Shown: positions 16,018 to 24,600 of the stretch, piece after piece
Numbering within the stretch: position 1 is the stretch's first letter
How the letters are laid out: every line of letters starts with the position of its first letter
The notes under the pieces: generated by a model
What the model was told of the DNA's origin: nothing
Databases searched by the model: none
What the model saw: the letters and a program-made list of their open reading frames with translations, nothing else
Program-made: the position numbers and the translations under genes
IMG/VR virus record: IMGVR_UViG_3300044724_003389
Location: 1-24,820 of that record
DNA from: a virus
Taxonomy: Duplodnaviria; Caudoviricetes
Direction: 5' to 3' (one strand)
Length of the DNA: 24,820 nucleotides

Positions 16018-18681
16018 ATGTCATTTGTATTATCAGATAGAATAAAAGAAACGACGATTACGCAGGGTACCGGCAGTGTCACATTAGCTGGCGCTGTTGG
16101 TGGCTTTGCTTCGTTTGGGGCTATTGGCGATGGAAATAATACGTATTATGTTATAGAAAATGACACTAGATGGGAAATTGGTGTTGGTACTTACGACTCA
16201 GGTACTAACACTCTTAGTAGAGACACAGTTCTTTCTAGTTCTGACGGCGGAACTAAAATCAACCTCAGTGGCGTTTCTTTTGTTTTTGTTGCTTTACCAG
16301 CGTCAAAAAGCGTTATCATTGATCCAAGTGGCAACTTTGACATTGATGGTGGCATAACAACAGATAATATCTCCATAGAAAATTATGGTATAATCAACAA
16401 CCTAACAGTTAGTGGAGATATACTCAGTAGCGGAGATATTAATTCTGAAGGACTCTTAACTTTAACTAGAGATTTAGCTGGTAATTTCTTTCACGCTTAT
16501 ATAGATGACGCAAACAAGCGAACCATTTCTCTTTACAGCGATGCTTCTTCTGCTCCAGAGTGGAAACTTGGCCTAAAATCCTCCCCTTCTTCTGAGACAG
16601 ATGCCCCTACTTACGCCTATGTTTACGGCGAAGACGGTAGTATTGGTCTTTATGCAAATAGTCAAAACTACCTCTCTTTGACTCACGGGGGCGGTTTTAA
16701 CCTTGTAAATAAAGGCGATACAATCTTTAGTACCGCCAGCGCTACCGGTACTACTATCGAGGGTCAAGCCGCTGCTTTTCCAACACTTATACTAAGAGCT
16801 GCGCCAGCTCAATCGGACAATATTCAAGAGTGGCAAAATAGCTCTGAAACAGTTCTTACAAAGATTACTAGCGACGGCACCCTTATTGTTAAAAGCGCTA
16901 ATATTCTTACTGAGATAGCTGCTAATACTGCTAGTGGCGTTGCTATTAGCGGTTGGGCCAAGTACTACGTAGACACCCAAGATCATAGCGCAACTTCAGT
17001 TAGTGGTTATTTTCAAACAGTCGTTGATGGAATAGAAGATGCGTCATCTGTTAGCGGAGCTTTACAACCGCAAATCACACAGAATACAATAGATATTGTT
17101 GCCGTTTCTGGCTTGATTGGGAGTGCATCAGATCCTTCAGGAGAATATTATCTTCAAGAAATTAGATCTAACTCTGCTAGCGGCATTTCAATTAGCGGCG
17201 CTTTACAACCACAGATATCACAAAACGTTTCAGATATTGCAGCTGTTTCCGGCTGGGCGCAATCGTATGTAGACTCTCAAGATCATAGCGCTACTGCGGT
17301 TTCTGGGTGGGCTAGAGACTACGTTGACAGTCAAGATCACAGTGCATCCGCAGTCAGTGGATGGGCTGATAGTACAATCTCAGCAGGCGATATCGCAGTT
17401 AGTGGCTGGGTAGAGCATTATGTTGATAGTCAAGACCATAGCGCCGTAGCAGTCTCTGGATGGGCAGATGCAACCTTCTCTACAACAAGCGTTTCTGGTA
17501 TAACCTTTGAGGTTTCTGGGGTAAGCAACGAGTACAGAGTTGGCACTACATTTATTGACCCAGACGGTACTGAACAGGTCGTAAGAAGCACATCTATTAG
17601 CAATGGCTATTTAAGATTAGAGGTTGCTAACTTTAGCCCATCAGTTTCAGCCGCTGGTCAGTCACGATACTGGGATCAGCCCGTTAGTCAGTGGACTGTT
17701 AGTATTGATAACCCGACAGACTTTACAAGTAATTATATCAGTGGTGTAGCACCTGCACTCTCTAGCATTGTTGGCAGCGTGACTTCTGGTGTCAGTCTTT
17801 ACACAACTACCGGCCCTTCGACAACACCGGCTGGAGGCGTTGACTGGACACAGACCTTTACGGTTGATTCCGATTCTCCAATATATTCTTCAACATCAAA
17901 CCTTTCTGGTGGATCTGCAAGCGCGACTGTCAGCTTTTTAGATAAAAATGGAGATACTTCATCAGAAACAGCAACCATATCCTTTAGTTGGCAAAGCGCA
18001 TCAAGCTCAATATCATTCAATAATCTAACTGGAAATAATTTCTTAGAATCATATTCTTCTGTCGGTTATAATCTAACAATCACTGGATTGTCTAACTCTT
18101 CAAACGCTTCTACTACAATTACCACGGGTCAGGGTACTCTTAGTAATTCCAGCGATGATGGTACGATGACATTCACTACTGCCATACATAAAGATAATAA
18201 TAGTGGTAGAACAATTACTGCTACAACAGATTTTACCAGACCTAGTACTGTAACCGGAACAGAATATACTACACAGCGAGTGGTTAGTGACAGTAGTATA
18301 TCCGCTTCATTCACCTATCCTAGCTTCTATATATTCACAACTAGTACATCTAACCCTCCGTCTAGAGCGGATATTGTAGATACAAATGATTTTGATTTAT
18401 CTGTCGTAACAGAGCTTGGAAACCAAGTCAAAACAATAGACGGTTATATTACGAATTCCGATTTTGTTCCAAAAGCTTGGTGGTTTGCCGTTAGGTCTTC
18501 TGCCTCTCAGCCGACCACATTTAAAACTGGTAACGATTCATCACTGCTTGTTAGCGTTACACCGGTCGAAACCACGGTTGATTTAGAGCCAGATAGCGCT
18601 CCCGTGGGTTATAATTCAGAAGAGTACAAGCTGTATGGTATAACTCTTAATACCGGCGACACATACGTACAGATATCTTAG
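16018..18681 (+). CDS. Putative tail/virion fibre protein (887 aa) with VSGW repeats
   Basis: N-terminal 'LSDRIKETT...GTGSVTLAGA..GF.SF..IG.GN.TYY.I....WEIG.GTY' domain that I recognise as common in aquatic phage fibres. Central repeats and an S/T-rich beta C-terminal half. Confidence 0.7.
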   Translation: MSFVLSDRIKETTITQGTGSVTLAGAVGGFASFGAIGDGNNTYYVIENDTRWEIGVGTYDSGTNTLSRDTVLSSSDGGTKINLSGVSFVFVALPASKSVIIDPSGNFDIDGGITTDNISIENYGIINNLTVSGDILSSGDINSEGLLTLTRDLAGNFFHAYIDDANKRTISLYSDASSAPEWKLGLKSSPSSETDAPTYAYVYGEDGSIGLYANSQNYLSLTHGGGFNLVNKGDTIFSTASATGTTIEGQAAAFPTLILRAAPAQSDNIQEWQNSSETVLTKITSDGTLIVKSANILTEIAANTASGVAISGWAKYYVDTQDHSATSVSGYFQTVVDGIEDASSVSGALQPQITQNTIDIVAVSGLIGSASDPSGEYYLQEIRSNSASGISISGALQPQISQNVSDIAAVSGWAQSYVDSQDHSATAVSGWARDYVDSQDHSASAVSGWADSTISAGDIAVSGWVEHYVDSQDHSAVAVSGWADATFSTTSVSGITFEVSGVSNEYRVGTTFIDPDGTEQVVRSTSISNGYLRLEVANFSPSVSAAGQSRYWDQPVSQWTVSIDNPTDFTSNYISGVAPALSSIVGSVTSGVSLYTTTGPSTTPAGGVDWTQTFTVDSDSPIYSSTSNLSGGSASATVSFLDKNGDTSSETATISFSWQSASSSISFNNLTGNNFLESYSSVGYNLTITGLSNSSNASTTITTGQGTLSNSSDDGTMTFTTAIHKDNNSGRTITATTDFTRPSTVTGTEYTTQRVVSDSSISASFTYPSFYIFTTSTSNPPSRADIVDTNDFDLSVVTELGNQVKTIDGYITNSDFVPKAWWFAVRSSASQPTTFKTGNDSSLLVSVTPVETTVDLEPDSAPVGYNSEEYKLYGITLNTGDTYVQIS
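16945..17469 (+). repeat. Degenerate 16-aa repeats [VI]SGWAxxYVDSQDHSAxA plus two SGALQPQIxQN copies
   Basis: Four YVD[ST]QDHSA copies and six SGW motifs read directly from the translation. Confidence 0.85.
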
Positions 18682-18693
18682 GAGATTTAAAGG

Positions 18694-19341
18694 ATGCCTA
18701 ACTACGATGGATTAGCAAGAAACGCTTGGCCGGGAACATGGAGTACTAACGGTACGCACCCCATTGTGCTAGACGTTGAAACGCGAGGTGGTTTACGTCT
18801 TGTTTCTGGAAGTGGCACAGATACCCTCGTAGGTATACCATCTGGTATGTTACAAAATGGTATGTTAGCTTACGTCGCAAGCGGCTATCATGCTTCTATT
18901 TCGGGTGATACATATTACAAATACTCTATCTTAGATGGAGAGTCTAGAGACTCTAATACTGGATTTTTACCAAATGCTTCTGGCAATTGGTCTGTTTTAG
19001 ACCTTGGTGGCGGCAACACGACGGCTGTCAGTGGATGGGCTGACTCTTCATTTAAAACAAAAACAAGAACATACAACAACATTTCGACAGATTTTAGTAT
19101 GAGCGACACTTCTGACGTTGTGTTTCTTGATACTACTTCTAGTTCAGTAAACGTACATCTACCAACGGCGGTGGGGAACGGTGGGAAGGAAATTTTGGTT
19201 AAGATGAAATCTGGTAGCAATTCAGGCGTTCTTTTAGCAAGCGGATCTCAGACTATAGATGGAGAAAATGAAATTGGCTTATATCATAAGTTCATGAGTG
19301 TAACCTTAATTTCCGATAACTCTAACTGGTTTATTAGTTAG
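18694..19341 (+). CDS. Small fibre-associated/adaptor protein
   Basis: N-terminal 'RGGLRLV......L..IP...LQNGMLAYV' motif seen in phage fibre proteins. C-terminal 'LP....G.EI.VK......TIDG...W' domain shared with the next gene. Confidence 0.6.
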   Translation: MPNYDGLARNAWPGTWSTNGTHPIVLDVETRGGLRLVSGSGTDTLVGIPSGMLQNGMLAYVASGYHASISGDTYYKYSILDGESRDSNTGFLPNASGNWSVLDLGGGNTTAVSGWADSSFKTKTRTYNNISTDFSMSDTSDVVFLDTTSSSVNVHLPTAVGNGGKEILVKMKSGSNSGVLLASGSQTIDGENEIGLYHKFMSVTLISDNSNWFIS

Positions 19342-19342
19342 T

Positions 19343-19354
19343 TTTGTGTATAAT
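19343..19354 (+). promoter_or_regulatory. Putative late promoter motif TTTGTGTATAAT
   Basis: Fourth copy, immediately after the stop of the 18694 gene. SD GGAGG precedes ATG 19404. Confidence 0.65.
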
Positions 19355-19403
19355 TAATTGGTAAACGTTTTCCACACATATTCCTTAATACGGAGGCTTT
19401 CCT

Positions 19404-21611
19404 ATGTCTTTCCAATCTTATACAAGAAACCCTAGTGGTGTTGTATTTTTTGGAGCAGATGGTTCAGAGACTCTTTACACATCTGCCTCGACATTTACAT
19501 ACGATGATGGGCTTAATGCTCTAAAAATTCCAAACGGTGGCTACATTGGTAGTCAAAGTGATTACGATGCGATTTCTATCGCTTCTAACGGTAATGTTTC
19601 GTTAACTCAAAACCTTAGCGTTGCTGGTAACTTAACGGTCAATGGTTCAACCACAACTGTTAATACAACCAATTTGGATGTTAAAGATAGTTTAGTCATG
19701 ATTAGTAGCGGTACTGCTACCCCTGCTAATGATGCTGGTATTTTGATTGACCGTGGATCTTTAACCAACGCTTTCATGGGTTGGGACGAATCCGCAGATA
19801 AATTCATTGTTGGTACAACTACCGCAGACAGCAACTCAACTGGTGATTTGAGTATAACTGCTGGAACTTTGGTTGCTGACCTCGAAGGTAACGCTGACTC
19901 AGCAACTCAACTTGCTTCTTCTCAGAACTTTAGTTTGACTGGTCAAGTCAGTGCTAGCAACGTATCTTTTGACGGTACTGGTGGCGTTGCTCTTTCGACA
20001 AGCCTTGGTGTTACTGCTATTACTGGTCAGTCTACCGTCACAGAAGCTCCCAGCGATGCCTACATCATTATGGCTAGCGGCTCTGCGCTTCAGAAAATAA
20101 CAAAGAGCAACTTTGTTAGTGATCTAGGAGCTATGAGTAGCTTTACCCTTGCTGGCACTACTGGAAGTAGCTCTGTAGTAGATGGTGACACCTTAACTAT
20201 AGCCGCTTCTTCTCAGGGGATGGTTAGCGTTGCAGTATCTGCCGACACTGCCTCGATTTCTGTTACTTCTGCAATTGCTGACGGTACCAAGAATATTACC
20301 TTTGATTCTAGCAATGGTATTGGTATTGCAGACGCTGGTCTTAACTCTATTGCGGGTTTGACAACTGCTGCTAATAAGATGATCTACACCACAGGATCTG
20401 ATACGTATGCTGTTACAGATCTTAGCGCGTTTGGTAGGAGTTTGATCGACGACGCAGATGCTGCTGCCGCGAGGACGACTCTTGGCTTGGTTATCGGTAC
20501 GAATGTTCAAGCGTATGATGCTCAACTTGCTGATGTCGCTGGATTGACACCAACCGATGGTAATTTTATCGTTGGTGATGGTACCAATTTTGTTACTGAA
20601 GCTGGAGCAACTGCTAGAACATCTCTTGGTCTTGGTTCTATTGCTACTCAAAATAGTATTGACCTTGCTTCTGATGTTACAGGAGCGCTTCCAATTGCTA
20701 ATGGTGGTACCGGAGCGACCACAGAATCTGACGCAAGAACTAACTTAGGTCTTGCTATCGGCACCGACGTTCAAGCTTACGATGCTGACCTTTCCGCAAT
20801 TGCCGCCCTCGCAAAAGCTGATGGTAACATTATAGTTGGTAATGGTACTACTTGGGTTGCAGAGGCTGGTGCTACAGCAAGAGCATCTCTCGGCTTAACA
20901 ATTGGTACTGATGTTCAAGCTTATGATGCTGATACAGCGAAATACGACGACACGACCGCCAACTTTACCGGCACTTTGCAGAATGGTGGTAGCAATGTTG
21001 TTGTAGATAGTGACATCGGATCTACAGTTCAAGCCTACGATGCCGACACCGCCAAATATGATGACGCTACTGCTAACTTTACTGGAACCCTGCAAAACGG
21101 TGGTTCTAACGTTGTTGTAGATAGCGATATTGGATCTACTGTTCAGGCTTACGATGCCCAACTTGCCGACGTTGCTGGATTATCAACAACCGATGGCGGT
21201 TTCATTGTCGGTAACGGCAGTAATTTCGTTATTGAAACTGGAGCAACTGCAAGAACTTCCCTCGGCCTTGGCTCGCTCGCTACTTTAAGTAGCGTTGATA
21301 CTGCACAGCTTGCCGATGGCGCTGTTACAGAAGCTAAGAGAGATCGTACTGTTCACAGTCTATCTACAAATGGTGGTGCTGACAAAGATATCACTCTTGT
21401 CACAACTTCATCAACTAACAAGACTGTTTACTTACCAGCATCTCCAAGTACTGGTCAGCTTGTTATGATCAAGAAAATTGATAGCGGGGCTGGAGCTGTT
21501 ATTGTCAATGCCAGTGGTTCTACCATTGATGATGCTTCTACGAAGAATCTTTATGGTCAGTATGAATCACTCAGCGCTATTTACAATGGCTCTGAATGGT
21601 TTGTTGTCTAA
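19404..21611 (+). CDS. Tail fibre protein with VQAYDA / ARTxLGL repeats (735 aa)
   Basis: 'GNLTVNGSTTTVNTT', 'LPIANGGTGATT...ARTNLGL', five VQAYDA motifs. These are typical phage fibre shaft modules. Confidence 0.8.
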   Translation: MSFQSYTRNPSGVVFFGADGSETLYTSASTFTYDDGLNALKIPNGGYIGSQSDYDAISIASNGNVSLTQNLSVAGNLTVNGSTTTVNTTNLDVKDSLVMISSGTATPANDAGILIDRGSLTNAFMGWDESADKFIVGTTTADSNSTGDLSITAGTLVADLEGNADSATQLASSQNFSLTGQVSASNVSFDGTGGVALSTSLGVTAITGQSTVTEAPSDAYIIMASGSALQKITKSNFVSDLGAMSSFTLAGTTGSSSVVDGDTLTIAASSQGMVSVAVSADTASISVTSAIADGTKNITFDSSNGIGIADAGLNSIAGLTTAANKMIYTTGSDTYAVTDLSAFGRSLIDDADAAAARTTLGLVIGTNVQAYDAQLADVAGLTPTDGNFIVGDGTNFVTEAGATARTSLGLGSIATQNSIDLASDVTGALPIANGGTGATTESDARTNLGLAIGTDVQAYDADLSAIAALAKADGNIIVGNGTTWVAEAGATARASLGLTIGTDVQAYDADTAKYDDTTANFTGTLQNGGSNVVVDSDIGSTVQAYDADTAKYDDATANFTGTLQNGGSNVVVDSDIGSTVQAYDAQLADVAGLSTTDGGFIVGNGSNFVIETGATARTSLGLGSLATLSSVDTAQLADGAVTEAKRDRTVHSLSTNGGADKDITLVTTSSTNKTVYLPASPSTGQLVMIKKIDSGAGAVIVNASGSTIDDASTKNLYGQYESLSAIYNGSEWFVV
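20913..21140 (+). repeat. Tandem 114-nt (38-aa) duplication
   Basis: VQAYDADTAKYDD[T/A]TANFTGTLQNGGSNVVVDSDIGST x2 (20913-21026 and 21027-21140). Confidence 0.92.
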
Positions 21612-21636
21612 TTTTAAAGAATAAGAGGAAATAGGA

Positions 21637-24600
21637 ATGAGAAGTATAACACTACAGACTAGTGATAACCAAATTGTATCTGGTGATGTAATTGGGTTAG
21701 TGAATTTTGCCGCTTCAGCAGAGTCCGATGGAGGGGCGGCTATTCTAATCGCTGGTAGTATTTACTCTCAAGGTGAAGGATCTTTTCAGTCCTCTTATAA
21801 TCCTGCATCTTTAGTCTTCGCCACTTCCGCCAATGACTCTCTGGCGGCTAGTGGCAAGATTAAGATCAATCATGACGGTCACATATTACCCATGCAGGAT
21901 GGGTTTTATAGTTTAGGCGACCCTAATTTTAACTTCAAACATCTATATGTTGATGGGATAACTATAAGCGGTGAGTATACCCTCCCAACTTCTGATGGTT
22001 CTGCTAATCAAGTCCTACAAACAGATGGTAATGGGTCTCTATCATTTGCTACAGTTTCTACTGGTAGCACTTATACCGCTGGTAGCGGGCTAATACTAGA
22101 CGGAACAGAATTTAATGTATATGGTGGTAGTGGTAATTTTCAATATTTAGAAGTAAACACTTCAAATAATGTTATACCAAAAATAGAATTTACTGGCTCT
22201 GGTGTTACCGATACTCCAATCAACTTGGAAGTCGCCTCTAGTTTTGAGAGCGCCACTGGTTCTGGTTCCGCTCTTTTGTTCCAAGGAACTCAAGGTCAAT
22301 TATTCTCAATCACAGACAATCTTTCCAGCGGCACAATCTTTAGTGTTTCTGACATTACTGGGTTGCCAATGCTTGAGATTGACGCTTCAGGTCATGTACA
22401 AATTGGTGAGTTTGCAGATGATATAACATTACATCAGGCAGTTCTTTTATCTGGTGGTGTTCCTTCAAGCACAACAAATAAATTATACAATAATGCTGGT
22501 ACTTTATACTGGAATGGTAGTACATTAACATATGATGACGCTGCCATATCTGGATATTTTGAATCTCGCGTAGATACAAACGAAACCAATATCGCCCTAA
22601 AAGCAAACATAGCAAGTCCCACCTTTACAGGAACCCCAGCGGCACCTACGGCAAGTGCTGGTACAAACACCACACAGCTTGCCACAACTGCCTTTGTTTC
22701 AACTGCTGTTGCTAATCTCGTAGACAGCGCGCCAACAACGCTAGATACCCTTAACGAACTAGCTGCCGCTCTTGGTGATGATGCTAACTTTAGCACGACT
22801 GTTACAAATAGCATTGCTACAAAACTTGCCAATGTTGTTGAGGACACTACCCCGCAGCTTGGCGGTACGCTTGATGCTAACGGAAATAGCATTGATATGG
22901 GTACGAATACCATTACGGATACAAAGGTAGGGCAGTGGGATACCGCTTATGGGTGGGGCGATCATGCGAGTGCAGGATATTTAACTTCAGAGACCAGTCA
23001 TGCCGACGTTGTTGTTGATGGAGATTTTGGTTCTCAGGGGTTAATGAAGCGTGGCGTAAGTGCTGGTTCTTACAGTATAATAACTGATAATTCTAGCAAC
23101 TGGAATACCGCATACGGCTGGGGTGACCATGCGAGTGCTGGATATCTAACTGCCCACCCAACAATCTCCGCTGCTTCAAGCAGCGATAATAGTGGTCGTA
23201 CATATATTCAGGATATCACCCTAGATAGCAATGGTCATGTTACGGGTCTTACTACTGCCACAGAAACGGTAACAGACACAACATACACCGCTGGTAGTGG
23301 GTTAACACTGGTTGGGACTGAATTTAATGTTTACGGCGGAAGCGGTCAGTTCAGAGAGATCCTATTTGACGATAACTTCCCTATCGCGATAAAGTCTGAA
23401 GGCAATTCTATATCTTCACATGGTCCAGATATCCATATGGGATATGCTGTGGCAGAGGGTTATACTCCGTCAACTAGTAGCACTCAAGATGGTAATGTTA
23501 TTATCGGTAATAATGCTGCCAGCGGTGCCTCGGTTAGTAATAGGCAGGTAGTAATTGGTTATAATACGGCAAGACAAACGGTAGGAGGTTTTGGTGGTAT
23601 ACATATAGGTGCCGAAGCCGGTCATTCAATGAGAACCGCTCAGTCTCAAATGATAGGAATCGGGTACGCTTCGCTAGGTTCTACAAGTGGGTGTTCAAAT
23701 GTGTATGCGATTGGTAACAATGCTGGCGCTTTAGGCACTTCCATAACAGTCTGTAATTTTATGGGACAAAATGCTGGGTACGCAGCGACAGGTTTATCTA
23801 ATTCTAATGCGTTTGGATATTTTGCTGCAAATTCGCATAGAGGAGGACAGCATAATCAATATCTTGGTTACTATGCTGGAATTCAAGCTAGTGGTTCCTA
23901 TAATATTGGCATTGGAAGCCTTGCCCTTGCCGCATCAACTGGCAATTATAATATAGAGTTAGTTACGAATGGTGGTTCCCCTAATGTTATTGGAACAAAT
24001 GACAACAAATTACATATCGAAAACACCATCATTGGCGATACTTCCAGCAAACTCCTCGCCATTGGAAACGTTGGATCAGCAGACTTAACTCCAGACGCGA
24101 CCCTTGAAATTAAACCAAATGCTGCGACAGATGTTGGCCTTATTGTTCAGGGCGCAACTTCCCAATCTGCCGACTTTGTTCAATTCCAAACAAGTTCAGA
24201 AACCGTAACAAGCAAAATTGACTCTGCCGGTAGGCTTTTGTTTGATATTGACACAATTACAACAACGCCAAGCACAAAGGGTGTAGGGGCATATGCCAAA
24301 GGCGTTGCTGTATTTGACGACAACGACGGCTCCATGATGGCCTACTTCCTAAGAGATGGGACCGACAATTATACTAGGTTTAACTCTAATGATGTAAGAT
24401 TGTTTGCCGCGAGTGCGTCAACCAATGGTGTTCATCTAAAATCCGCAAACACTTCGTTTGGTACACCAACAGACGGTCTTGCTATCTATGATAACGATGG
24501 TACAACTCTAGGTGAACTTAAATGTGACTTTGTAAATGTAGATATAAATTCTGCGTCCGCAAATGGTCAAAAAATAACTGCTGCTGCATCTCAAACTGCC

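Noticed and set aside
10000-19341. Five consecutive genes in the same frame, suggesting stop readthrough or TAG recoding
   Set aside because: Three of the four junctions have two in-frame stops (TAG GGG TAA; TAA AGA GAA TAG; TAG GAG ATT TAA). The mucin-transferase junction has a single TAA, but the downstream gene has its own SD. Probably coincidence.
20913-23151. Repeat pairs as diversity-generating retroelement template/variable regions
   Set aside because: Differences are synonymous and not adenine-specific, both copies lie inside the same ORF, and there is no reverse transcriptase in the window.
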